Source of the DNA: Casimicrobiaceae bacterium
GTDB lineage: Bacteria > Pseudomonadota > Gammaproteobacteria > Burkholderiales > Casimicrobiaceae
DNA: 24,000 bases
Assembly: GCA_035499135.1 (NCBI GenBank)
Contig: DATJZM010000043.1
Coordinates: 18,721-42,720, forward strand
Direction: 5' to 3'
Positions 8,510 to 17,084 of the stretch are shown piece by piece. The notes beneath the pieces are model-generated. The model did no database searches. It was not told the DNA's origin and saw only the letters and a program-made list of their open reading frames with translations. Position 1 is the first letter of the stretch. The number at the start of each line of letters is the position of its first letter. The translations under genes and the position numbers were made by a program.

Positions 8510-10870
8510 ATGAAATTCTCCGAGCACTGGCTGCGCACGCTTGTCGACCCGCCGCTCGACAGCGCTGCGCTCGCGCACCGTCTCACTATGGCTGGTCTCG
8601 AAGTCGAGGAGCGCACGCCGGCCGCCCCGCCGTTCTCGGGTGTGGTCGTTGCACGTGTGCTCGAGGTCGCACGTCACCCGAACGCCGACCGGCTCACCGT
8701 GTGCACCGTCGACGCCGGTCAGCGATCTCCGCTCGCTGTCGTCTGCGGGGCGCCCAACGTCGTTGCCGGCATGACCACCGCCTGCGCTCTCGTGGGCGCG
8801 AAGCTTCCCGACGCAGTCGAGATCAAGGCGGCGAGCGTACGCGGCGTCGCTTCGCAGGGGATGCTTTGCTCGGCGAAGGAGCTCGGGCTCTCGGAGGATG
8901 CATCGGGGCTGCTCGCACTGGACTCGGCACTCAAGCCCGGCAAGGAGCTGCGCGCGGCGCTCGACCTCGACGACGCCCTGCTCACGCTGAAGCTCACGCC
9001 CAACCGCGCGGACTGCTTGTCGATCCTTGGAGTGGCGCGCGAGGTCGCCGCGGTCACGGGCGCGAAGCTCACGCCTCCGCCGCTTGCGAGGGTGCCGACA
9101 ACGAGCAAACGCCTGCGGCGCGTGCGCGTGGAGGACAGCACGGCCTGCCCGCGCTTCTGCGCCCGCGTGATCGAGGGCATCGACCCGCAGGCGCCAACAC
9201 CGGAGTGGATGCGCCGGCGCATCGAACGGTCAGGCATTCGCTGCATCTCGGCGGTGGTCGACGCGACCAACTACGTGATGCTCGAATTGGGACAACCGCT
9301 CCACGCGTACGACGATGCGCGCCTCGAGGGCGACATCGTCGTGCGTTTTCCGCACAAGGGCGAGAAGCTCACGCTGCTCAACGGTCAGACTCTGACCCTC
9401 GATCCAGATCTCCTGCTCGTCGCGGACGAGAGGAAGCCGCTGGGGCTGGCCGGAATCATGGGCGGCGAGCACAGCGGCATCGCGGACACGACGACCACCG
9501 TGTTCCTCGAGGGCGCGTTCTGGAATCCCGCCGTTATCCAAGGCAAGGCGCGCCGGCTTGGCTTCGTCACAGACGCAGGCTATCGCTTCGAGCGAGGCGT
9601 CGATTTCGCGAATGCGCCGACCGCGGTGGAGCGCGCTTCGCAGCTGATCGTCGAGATCTGCGGAGGCCGCGCCGGCCCGCCCGTCGACGTGCACGGCAAG
9701 CTCCCCGCGCCCAAGCCGGTGCGCGTTCGCGCGAGCCGCGTCGAACGGCTGCTCGGCGTGCGCATTCCGGCGGCGACCATAAAGAAGATCTTCACTCGCC
9801 TCGGTCTCAAACCGAAGCAGACCGGCGCGAACTTCGTCTGCACGCCCCCTTCTTTCCGCTTCGATCTCGCGATCGAAGAGGATTTCATCGAAGAGGTAGC
9901 GCGCATCTACGGCTACGAGAGCATTCCCGCCGCGCGACCCTCTCGTCCGCAGGAATTTCTGCCCGAGCCCGAGGAGCTTCGCCCGGCCGCAGCGCTGCGT
10001 GCTCGGCTCGTCGACCGCGACTATCAGGAGGTCATCACCTTCAGCTTCGTGAGCTCCGTTTGGGAGACGGCGCTCGGCAGCGACCCGCCTCCCGTCAAGG
10101 TGCTCAATCCGATGGCGAGTCACCTCGACGTGATGCGCACAACGCTGCTCGGCGGATTGCTCGACACGCTGCGCACGAACGTCAGCCGGAAGCTCGACCG
10201 CATCCGCATCTTCGAGATCGGACGCTGCTTCACCCGTTCCGCCGATGGTTACGAGCAACCGCTGCGCATCGGCGGGCTCGCGTACGGCCCGGCCGCGCCG
10301 GAGCAGTGGGGAGAAGCGAAGCGCGCCGTCGATTTCTTCGACGTCAAGGGGGATATCGAAGCGCTGGCGCTGCCGCTGCGGGTGACCACGGGGGCGGCGC
10401 CCCACCCGGCGCTCCGGCCCGGCCGATCCGCGCGCGTGCTAGTCGAAGGCGAGGCGGCCGGCTGGATCGGCGAGTTGCATCCGCGCCTCCTGCCGGCATT
10501 CGAGCTGCCGACAGCGCCAATTGCCTTCGAGCTCAGCCTGGAGTGCCTCGCCATGCTGCCGTTACCTCGGGCGCGGCCCGTGCCCAAGCTGCCGGTCGCC
10601 CGGCGGGATCTCGCGGTAGTCATCGACAAGGACATCCCGGTGCAGGCGGTGCTCGACGCGCTCATCGCCGCTAAGCGGCCGCCGGTCGACAAAGTGGCCC
10701 TTTTCGACCTGTATCGGGGCCAAACTGTTAGCCCAGATAAAAAAAGCCTTGCAATTCTGGTGCTTATGCAAGATACTGCACGTACTTTAACGGACGCCGA
10801 AATCGACGCCGCTGTAGCGGATCTGTTGCGAATTATCGAAGATCGATTCGGTGGCTCGTTGCGCCAGTAG
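8510..10870 (+). CDS. pheT: Phenylalanine--tRNA ligase beta subunit
   Basis: 786-aa product MKFSEHWLRTLVDPPLDSAALAHRLTMAGLEVEE.... ATG is 3 nt after the pheS stop. tRNA-binding, B3/B4, B5 and FDX-ACB regions are recognisable. Confidence 0.95.
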   Translation: MKFSEHWLRTLVDPPLDSAALAHRLTMAGLEVEERTPAAPPFSGVVVARVLEVARHPNADRLTVCTVDAGQRSPLAVVCGAPNVVAGMTTACALVGAKLPDAVEIKAASVRGVASQGMLCSAKELGLSEDASGLLALDSALKPGKELRAALDLDDALLTLKLTPNRADCLSILGVAREVAAVTGAKLTPPPLARVPTTSKRLRRVRVEDSTACPRFCARVIEGIDPQAPTPEWMRRRIERSGIRCISAVVDATNYVMLELGQPLHAYDDARLEGDIVVRFPHKGEKLTLLNGQTLTLDPDLLLVADERKPLGLAGIMGGEHSGIADTTTTVFLEGAFWNPAVIQGKARRLGFVTDAGYRFERGVDFANAPTAVERASQLIVEICGGRAGPPVDVHGKLPAPKPVRVRASRVERLLGVRIPAATIKKIFTRLGLKPKQTGANFVCTPPSFRFDLAIEEDFIEEVARIYGYESIPAARPSRPQEFLPEPEELRPAAALRARLVDRDYQEVITFSFVSSVWETALGSDPPPVKVLNPMASHLDVMRTTLLGGLLDTLRTNVSRKLDRIRIFEIGRCFTRSADGYEQPLRIGGLAYGPAAPEQWGEAKRAVDFFDVKGDIEALALPLRVTTGAAPHPALRPGRSARVLVEGEAAGWIGELHPRLLPAFELPTAPIAFELSLECLAMLPLPRARPVPKLPVARRDLAVVIDKDIPVQAVLDALIAAKRPPVDKVALFDLYRGQTVSPDKKSLAILVLMQDTARTLTDAEIDAAVADLLRIIEDRFGGSLRQ
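10749..10777 (+). promoter_or_regulatory. Candidate sigma70 promoter for ihfA embedded in the AT-rich 3' end of pheT
   Basis: TTGCAA-17 nt-GATACT inside a local GC dip (about 45% in line 10741-10800, against about 70% for the rest of pheT). Confidence 0.3.
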
Positions 10871-10888
10871 GGATTCCGGGGATCGCCA

Positions 10889-11200
10889 ATGACGCTAACA
10901 AAAGCCGAACTCGCCGATCTGCTCTTCGAGCAGCTTGGCTTGAACAAACGCGAAGCAAAGGACATGGTCGAGCGATTCTTCGAGGAAGTGCGCACCGCGC
11001 TCGAGTCGGGTGACAGCGTGAAGCTCTCCGGCTTCGGCAACTTCCAGCTGCGCGAGAAACCTCAGCGCCCAGGGCGGAACCCGAAGACCGGCGAAGAGAT
11101 TCCGATCACCGCGAGGCGCGTCGTTACCTTCCACGCGAGCCAGAAGCTCAAGGCGATGGTCGAGGCCGCCGCCAACCATGGCCGAACACAGGCTGACTAA
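10889..11200 (+). CDS. ihfA: Integration host factor subunit alpha
   Basis: 103-aa [88 protein letters not shown]... Confidence 0.97.
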   Translation: MTLTKAELADLLFEQLGLNKREAKDMVERFFEEVRTALESGDSVKLSGFGNFQLREKPQRPGRNPKTGEEIPITARRVVTFHASQKLKAMVEAAANHGRTQAD

Positions 11201-11585
11201 GGCCGAGCTGCCGCCGATCCCCGCCAAGCGATACTTCACCATCGGCGAGGTCAGCGACCTGTGCGCAGTCAAACCGCACGTGCTCCGCTACTGGGAGCAG
11301 GAATTCACGCAACTCAAGCCGGTCAAGCGCCGCGGCAATCGCCGCTATTACCAGCACCACGAGGTGCTCCTCATTCGACGCATCCGCGACCTCCTCTACG
11401 AACAGGGTTTTACGATCAACGGGGCGCGGCACCGCCTCGAGTCGGAGACGCTGGGCCAGCCTCTTTTCCGGGACGCGGAACAGCGCAGCTCCCGCGCGTC
11501 CGACGGCCGGGCGGCGTCACTCTCTCCTGCCCAGCTTCGGCAGGCGATCGAGGAGATCCGGGAGCTCCTCGGTCCCAATAGCTGA
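11178..11585 (+). CDS. MerR-family (MerR-like HTH) transcriptional regulator, conserved neighbour of ihfA
   Basis: 135-aa product. [69 protein letters not shown] is a MerR-type HTH. Overlaps the ihfA 3' end by 23 nt. Confidence 0.85.
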   Translation: MAEHRLTKAELPPIPAKRYFTIGEVSDLCAVKPHVLRYWEQEFTQLKPVKRRGNRRYYQHHEVLLIRRIRDLLYEQGFTINGARHRLESETLGQPLFRDAEQRSSRASDGRAASLSPAQLRQAIEEIRELLGPNS

Positions 11586-11612
11586 ATGACGGTACAATCC
11601 ATGACCAACCGT

Positions 11613-11689
11613 CGGGGCGTAGCGCAGCCTGGTAGCGCACCTGCATGGGGTGCAGGGGGTCGTGTGTTCGAATCACATCGCCCCGACCA
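11613..11689 (+). tRNA. tRNA-Pro (anticodon GGG)
   Basis: Hand-folded: acceptor CGGGGCG/CGCCCCG, D arm GCGC-AGCCUGGUA-GCGC, anticodon arm CCUGC-AUGGGGU-GCAGG, T arm GUGUG-UUCGAAU-CACAU, encoded CCA. Confidence 0.95.
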
Positions 11690-11893
11690 CTTCCCCCCTC
11701 TGCGGGCGGCCGAAAAGGCCGCACGCCGGGCGGATTCTCGCGACGCGACTGCCGTCGCGGCAACGGCGGCGCTCCCGCAATCGGCCGCGCCTAGCCTTCT
11801 CCGGCCGGCCCTCCGAAGCGAGACAGTGTATCGTGCACGGCATAATAGTTGCTTCGGCGCAGGCCCACGCATTGTTTTGCAAGGACTTTCAAC

Positions 11894-13012
11894 ATGAGCA
11901 CGGCACAGCAGCGTGCCCCCGGCAAGCCGGGCGTTATTTCGGAACTGGCGCTCGCCAGGGCCCAGCGCAACACCGTCGTCATCATCGATGACCTGTTCAG
12001 CAGCCGACTGCTGCTGGCCGAGATCGTCCGGCAGATCGACGGCAAGCTCAACCTGGAACTGTTCGACACACCGAGCCGCGCGCTCGAATACGCGCGCAGC
12101 AACCGGGTCGACATGATCCTCACCGACTACAAGCTGCCCGAGTTCGATGGCGTGCAGCTCGTGCGACAGCTACGGGCACTGCCGCACTGTGTCGATGTGC
12201 CGATCGTGGTGATCACGGTGGTCGACGACCGCCGTGTGCGCTATCAGGCGCTCGAGGCGGGCGCCACAGACTTCCTGATCAAACCGCTCGACGAACATGA
12301 AACGCGAGCGCGCTGCGCCAACCTGCTGGAACTGCGTCGGCACAAGATCGTGCTTTCCGACCAGGCGCGAGTGCTCCAGTACCAGGTCGACAAGTCAGTG
12401 GCCGAGATCCATGAGCGCGAGCTGGAGACGCTCTCCAAGCTCGCCAAGGCGGGCGAATTCCGCGACCGCACGACCGGCAACCACCTCACACGCATGGCGC
12501 GCTATTCAGGGCTCATCGGCGTGAACCTCGGGCTTGCGCAGGAGACAGTCCACGTGCTGGAAGTCGCTGCGCCGATGCACGACATCGGCAAGATCGGCAT
12601 CCCCGACGCGATCCTGCTGAAGGACTCTCCGCTGACCGCCGCCGAGGACGAGATCATGCGGACGCACCCGCGTATAGGCTACGACATCCTCAAGGGCAGC
12701 CCCTCGAAATACCTGAGCATGGGCGCCATCATCGCGCTGGGCCATCACGAGAAATTCGACGGCTCGGGCTATCCGAACGGCCTGCACGGGGAAGACATCC
12801 CGATCGTGGCCCGCATCGTCGCCGTTGCCGACGTCTTCGACGCCCTGGTGAGCGAGCGTCCCTACAAGCACGCCTGGAGCATCGAGGAAGGCTTCGCTTA
12901 TCTGGAGTCCCAGAAAAGCAAGCATTTCGATCCGAGGTGCGTTGAGGCGTTCCTGGCGGGGGCGGAGAAGGTGCGGGAGATACACCGGGAATTCGGTGAT
13001 GTGACCGCTTGA
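11894..13012 (+). CDS. Two-component response regulator with REC + HD-GYP domains (RpfG-like c-di-GMP phosphodiesterase)
   Basis: 372 aa. Receiver motifs VVIIDD...MILTDYKLPEFDG...VVITV...IKP. HD-GYP motifs HDIGKIGIP...HHEKFDGSGYPNGL. GC is close to that of the flanking core genes. Confidence 0.9.
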   Translation: MSTAQQRAPGKPGVISELALARAQRNTVVIIDDLFSSRLLLAEIVRQIDGKLNLELFDTPSRALEYARSNRVDMILTDYKLPEFDGVQLVRQLRALPHCVDVPIVVITVVDDRRVRYQALEAGATDFLIKPLDEHETRARCANLLELRRHKIVLSDQARVLQYQVDKSVAEIHERELETLSKLAKAGEFRDRTTGNHLTRMARYSGLIGVNLGLAQETVHVLEVAAPMHDIGKIGIPDAILLKDSPLTAAEDEIMRTHPRIGYDILKGSPSKYLSMGAIIALGHHEKFDGSGYPNGLHGEDIPIVARIVAVADVFDALVSERPYKHAWSIEEGFAYLESQKSKHFDPRCVEAFLAGAEKVREIHREFGDVTA

Positions 13013-13058
13013 TGGTTCGTCCGCCACGCCGGCGCAGTGCTCGATTCCAGTCCTAGGG

Positions 13059-13085
13059 GCCCGTGCCAGCCAGGGCCTGGCGGGC
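13059..13085 (+). terminator. GC-rich hairpin downstream of the HD-GYP gene (possible terminator; no clear U-tract)
   Basis: GCCCG-T-GCCAG [CCAGGGC] CTGGC-GGGC: 10 bp stem with one bulge. The base composition drops sharply just 3' of it. Confidence 0.35.
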
Positions 13086-13121
13086 GCTTGATCCGATTAG
13101 GTAGTGTGCATCGCAGCGATG

Positions 13122-13154
13122 TGTAGGTATGTGTAGAATTGACTGTAGGCTACA
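13122..13154. promoter_or_regulatory. Phased TGTAG repeat array ending in the palindrome TGTAG-G-CTACA, interleaved with TTGACT -35-like hexamers; candidate operator/promoter upstream of the rpfF-like gene
   Basis: TGTAG at 13122, 13132 and 13144 (spacing 10 and 12 nt). Inverted copy CTACA at 13150-13154. Further copies at 13299 and 13322. TTGACT at 13139, 13158 and 13226. Confidence 0.4.
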
Positions 13155-13336
13155 TATTGACTTATCATCCCAGTATCGCTGGGGGGAAAAACTTAAGCAC
13201 ACCGGGCTAGCGATACGCCCCACTGTTGACTGGGGTATCTAGCATCAAGGCCGCTTGTGCGCCACAATAGCGAGCGGGAAAGAATTCGTCGACTCAATGT
13301 AGCCCACCGTCTTTAACCACCTGTAGGGAGGCCCCT

Positions 13337-14275
13337 GTGAATGCGATAGTCGATTTCCCGACTCTCACAACTCTAAATAGCTATGAGCAGATCGAGCTCG
13401 AGTTTGATTCCGAACTTAAGACGCTTTTTTCTTGGATGAAGCCTGAGCCAAGGCCCTGTTTTAATCCTGGACTGCTAGAAGAGATTCAGCATTGTGAACA
13501 GGCTATCGAGGTCCACCAAGGCCACTTCCACGACTCGGGGCGCCTCGCTCGGGTGAACTATGTCGTGTTTGGCAGCAAGGTCCCGGGTGTCTTTAATCTT
13601 GGTGGCGATCTAAGTATGTTTATCGATGCAATTATGCGCAAGGATCGCGAAACTCTCGTGTATTACGCACACCTCTGCATCGATAACCAATATCGTCGCG
13701 CGACTGGTTTTGGCGCGAGCATCACAACAATTTCGTTGTTACAAGGCAAAGCGCTGGGGGGCGGGTTTGAAGCCGCATTGGCAACCGACTTCATCGTTGC
13801 TGAGCGCAGTGTTTCTGTCTCCTTTCCAGAAATCCTGTTCAACCTCTTCCCCGGAATGGGCGCACTGAGTTTCCTTGCGCGGCGCATTGGTTTGAACAAG
13901 GCAGAAGAGATCATTGCCAGCGGGCAAATCTTCAGCGCGAGGGAGATGCTGGAGCTTGGGGTCTTCAACGAAGTCGTCGAAGACGGCCTTGGGCTTGAGG
14001 CGACTAGGCGCTTAATCCAGAATCGCCAGCGTCGCCAGAACGCATACAGCGCAATGCAGCGGGCAAAGAGCTACTACCAACCAGTGGCCTTATCAGACCT
14101 CAAAGGCATTGTTGATGTCTGGGTCGATGCCGCGATGCGACTGGAAACGCGCGACCTCCGGATGATGCATCGGCTGGTTCGAGCGCAAGACAGGCTAATG
14201 TCGGCGACACCAGAAGACGCCGTAGTCGAAACGCTTTACGCACCGGCCGAAATGGTCGCGGTTGGCAACGGCTAG
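13337..14275 (+). CDS. rpfF: RpfF-family crotonase (DSF-type cis-2-enoyl fatty acid signal synthase)
   Basis: 312 aa, GTG start 6 nt after GGGAGG. Blocks PRPCFNPGLLEEI, VFNLGGDL, GKALGGGFEAAL, FPEILFNLFPGMGALSF and VWVDAAMRLETRDLRMMHRLVRAQDRL match recalled Xanthomonas RpfF and Burkholderia BCAM0581. Both catalytic Glu equivalents are present (E145 at 13769-13771, E165 at 13829-13831). GC is much lower than in the flanks. Confidence 0.8.
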   Translation: MNAIVDFPTLTTLNSYEQIELEFDSELKTLFSWMKPEPRPCFNPGLLEEIQHCEQAIEVHQGHFHDSGRLARVNYVVFGSKVPGVFNLGGDLSMFIDAIMRKDRETLVYYAHLCIDNQYRRATGFGASITTISLLQGKALGGGFEAALATDFIVAERSVSVSFPEILFNLFPGMGALSFLARRIGLNKAEEIIASGQIFSAREMLELGVFNEVVEDGLGLEATRRLIQNRQRRQNAYSAMQRAKSYYQPVALSDLKGIVDVWVDAAMRLETRDLRMMHRLVRAQDRLMSATPEDAVVETLYAPAEMVAVGNG

Positions 14276-14284
14276 TCGCCAATG

Positions 14285-16882
14285 CTAGTGTGACGCGCCC
14301 CTTTTTTGGGTGTACGTGGTGAGGTGCGCCGAAGTAGCATCAAAGCATCGGCGCATCTCGGCGGCGAGTCGACGCAGTTGCTCGAACTGGGCACTCGCTG
14401 CAACTTCCTCTATTTCGACGCATTGAGCAGCAAGTTGTTCGGCACCGATGCCGAGCGCAACACCTCGGATCGCGTGCGTAATGTCCGTGAGCGTGGTCCG
14501 CTGCTCGGCGACAATTGCAGCATCTAGTCGTTTCAGCAAGCTTTCGACGTCACCTCGGAATCCTCGCAGGAGTTCCAGCAGGAACGTACTGTCACGCGAG
14601 ATACGCTCGACCTCTTGCATTCTCGCGTGATCGATCAGCTCAACAGTGGCAGGCCGGCTGGCTGCGCCGCTCCGAGCACGCTGCTGCTGTCCCTTGGTTG
14701 CCCGACGCGCTAGTCGATCGATCACCTGCAGAAGGCCCGCCGCCTCGAAGGGTTTGCCGACGAACTCATCTGCCCCAGCCTGCCTCGCTTTTTCTCTAGA
14801 TTCCTTTGTTACCGACGCGGACAAAATGATCACCGGCAAACGAGTACCAGTAGGCTCCATGGTCCTGATTGTAGTAACTACCTCGACACCGCTTCGCTCA
14901 GGCATATTGAAGTCAAGGATGGCGAGTTCCGGGTGCTCCGTTTCGTAAACATCTAGAGCTTCCTCCCCATCGGACGCAAGCAAGACCGTATGCCCGGCCG
15001 TCTCCAAGAGCTTGCGGATAATTGTCTGGTTTGTGGCATTGTCCTCGGCGACCAGGATGCGCTGTGGCTGTCTCTGTTCTTGCAGCACTTGACCGAGGTC
15101 GATGATTTCCGCGCCCTCAGTTGTCTCTCCGGTTGTTGCGGCATGAATTGCATTACGCAGGACTCGGGCCGAAATTCCGATGTCCAGACAGGTGACGCCG
15201 TCGATTCGACGTAACCTTGTCTTCTCCTGATCACTGAGTGGCCCATGCGACATGTAGATCATCGCCATAGGCCCTTTCTCCCGTTCAGCAGCAAAGACTT
15301 CAAACGTCTCGCACGCCCTGTTGACATCAGCCGCAACGATTAAGGCCTGCACCATGAGGTCTTGTTCCTTCAGGGCCTTCACTCGACGAAGCGCGCCCTC
15401 AGCAGATGTAGCGTGTTCAGCCCGATCGCAGACGGATGCTAGAAGCATATCAACTTGGGCTGTCGAAGCGTCGTCGGCAATAATCACCGCGACCGTCGGG
15501 CGCGCACCCGCTTCATCCGCCGACTGGCCGACAGGTGGTTGCAAGAGAACCTTAGTCTTCAGGAGTGGCAGCTCGAACCAGAAAGTACTGCCGGCGCCTG
15601 GGGTGCTCTTCAATCCTATGATGCCACCCATTAGTTCAACGAGCTGCTTGGCGATAGTAGTGCCCAGACCAGTCCCGCCATATCGGCGTGTCGTTGAATC
15701 GTCTGCCTGTACAAAACGCTCGAATATTCGCTGCTGTACAGCTGCATCAATCCCAATACCGGTGTCGCGAACCTCAAAGCGCAGGCGGAGGCCCTCGTCG
15801 GTTTCCGCGAGGAGCGTCACCTCGATACCCACTTCTCCGCGCTCTGTAAATTTGATCGCGTTTGAAAGCAAGTTTAGAAGCACCTGGCGCAGGTGATGGG
15901 GGTCGCCCCGAAGACGGTAATCGATTGCTGGGTCGATCATCGCTTGCAGCGCCAAACCCTTGGCTTGCGCATGCGGGCGTAACAGCTTTACTAAGCCATT
16001 AAGCGTTGCATGAAGATCAAAGTCGGCAATCTCAATATTCAATCTCCCCGCTTCGATCTTGGAGATGTCCAAGACGTCATCCACAAGTGAGCGCAGCAGC
16101 GTAACTGAATGGCGCAGCAAACGCATCAACTCAGTTTGCTGCGGACTTAGACTCGTCGTTTGTAGCAGGTCCGCCACCCCGACAATGCCGTTCAACGGCG
16201 TCCGCATCTCATGGCTCATGTTCGCCAGGAATGAGCTCTTCGCACGATTGGCGTCCTGGGCGCGAGCTTTCTCACGTAGGTTCACTCTTAAGAGCTTGGC
16301 CACGTAGAGCGGTAACAGGATCAGGGCGACCATCAGACAGATGCCAGCAGTGAAGTGGGGCTGCCAGAATGGCGCGTAGTTCAGAACTGAGGTAAACCCG
16401 GCGATGCACAGGAGTCCACACGCGAAGAGGTAAGGGATCCCGTAGCGAAAACCGTTTCCAAACGTGATAAACAAGTACACCCCAATCATCAGGAAGCCGA
16501 TTTCGTCCGTGAGAAACATCACGGCGGTTGCAGTTGCCGTATCGGCGAGCATCCCGATTAACCGGCGCGGAACGTTGGCTACTGGCCAGACGCAGATGCA
16601 AGCGAAGATTGCGAGCGCAAGGGCAAGATCAGCTTCGAGCACCATCAGAAGCAAGCTCGATGTGGAATGCCGCCATAACATGAGGGCCAACACTGCCCCC
16701 ACGATGACGATGCGAATGATCGCCTGCTCGGGCTCTGAGTCCGTGCGCGCGTTTAGGCGACGCCTGAAGACAGAAAACAGCGTGCCTAGCCGACTCAATG
16801 CGCGACCGCCTTCGTTCAGTTTTTGTGCGGTGTTATCCACAAGCTGTGACTTAGCAAGTAGCATGCCCACATCATGAAACAC
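14285..16882 (-). CDS. RpfC-like hybrid sensor histidine kinase (multi-TM sensor, HisKA, HATPase_c, degenerate receiver-like domain, REC, HPt)
   Basis: 865 aa. About five hydrophobic segments in residues 55-197, preceded by [14 protein letters not shown]-box [16 protein letters not shown] (H224). N/G boxes [21 protein letters not shown]. Receiver RILVAEDN...ILDFNMP (D657)...ILSAS...GKP. HPt-like [16 protein letters not shown] (H803). Start is uncertain: GTG 16882 or ATG 16864. Confidence 0.85.
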   Translation of the reverse strand: MFHDVGMLLAKSQLVDNTAQKLNEGGRALSRLGTLFSVFRRRLNARTDSEPEQAIIRIVIVGAVLALMLWRHSTSSLLLMVLEADLALALAIFACICVWPVANVPRRLIGMLADTATATAVMFLTDEIGFLMIGVYLFITFGNGFRYGIPYLFACGLLCIAGFTSVLNYAPFWQPHFTAGICLMVALILLPLYVAKLLRVNLREKARAQDANRAKSSFLANMSHEMRTPLNGIVGVADLLQTTSLSPQQTELMRLLRHSVTLLRSLVDDVLDISKIEAGRLNIEIADFDLHATLNGLVKLLRPHAQAKGLALQAMIDPAIDYRLRGDPHHLRQVLLNLLSNAIKFTERGEVGIEVTLLAETDEGLRLRFEVRDTGIGIDAAVQQRIFERFVQADDSTTRRYGGTGLGTTIAKQLVELMGGIIGLKSTPGAGSTFWFELPLLKTKVLLQPPVGQSADEAGARPTVAVIIADDASTAQVDMLLASVCDRAEHATSAEGALRRVKALKEQDLMVQALIVAADVNRACETFEVFAAEREKGPMAMIYMSHGPLSDQEKTRLRRIDGVTCLDIGISARVLRNAIHAATTGETTEGAEIIDLGQVLQEQRQPQRILVAEDNATNQTIIRKLLETAGHTVLLASDGEEALDVYETEHPELAILDFNMPERSGVEVVTTIRTMEPTGTRLPVIILSASVTKESREKARQAGADEFVGKPFEAAGLLQVIDRLARRATKGQQQRARSGAASRPATVELIDHARMQEVERISRDSTFLLELLRGFRGDVESLLKRLDAAIVAEQRTTLTDITHAIRGVALGIGAEQLAAQCVEIEEVAASAQFEQLRRLAAEMRRCFDATSAHLTTYTQKRGASH

Positions 16883-16904
16883 CTAAGTCATTGGTGCAGC
16901 ATAG

Positions 16905-16924
16905 GTTCTTATCTTGCCAAGAAC
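16905..16924. promoter_or_regulatory. 20-bp inverted repeat GTTCTT-N8-AAGAAC in the divergent kinase/luxR intergenic region (candidate operator)
   Basis: Perfect 6-bp arms (16905-16910 / 16919-16924), about 23 nt upstream of the kinase GTG start. Its size matches LuxR-type boxes, but its sequence does not resemble the lux box. Confidence 0.3.
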
Positions 16925-17084
16925 GAGTGTCGGACGCAAGGCGGCCAATAATGCCTGATTGGTCTGGGCACTTCGATGGGTACCCCTTGCAGATGGTGCT
17001 ATCGTCCTTAAGCCTAGCCGTACCCCTCGGTTGGCAACTGAGCTGCAAAGTCGGCGCGACCACACTTCCCTCACGAGCTACGAG

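Noticed and set aside
11613-13100. tRNA-Pro as the integration site of a genomic island carrying the signalling locus.
   Set aside because: I found no integrase or recombinase and no convincing direct repeat of the tRNA 3' end (TTCGAATCACATCGCCCCGACCA) near 13.0-13.1 kb or 17.9 kb. The gene right after the tRNA (HD-GYP regulator) has host-like GC. The compositional break is at about 13.09 kb, not at the tRNA.
13319-13340. A complete 20-bp lux box at the rpfF-like start.
   Set aside because: Only the left half (ACCTGTAGG) matches. The expected inverted right half (TACAGGT) is absent, and the site overlaps the RBS rather than a -35 region. It is kept as a half-site observation, not called as a lux box.
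13337-14275. Reading the crotonase as an ordinary fatty-acid beta-oxidation enoyl-CoA hydratase.
   Set aside because: The motif blocks (PRPCF, VFNLGGDL, ALGGGFEAAL, PE.LF.LFPGMGA.SF, VW/IWVD.AM.L....LR.M.RLVRAQ) match the RpfF/BCAM0581 subfamily that I can recall almost block for block. The gene is also flanked by RpfC-like and RpfG-like partners. A formal phylogeny is still needed.
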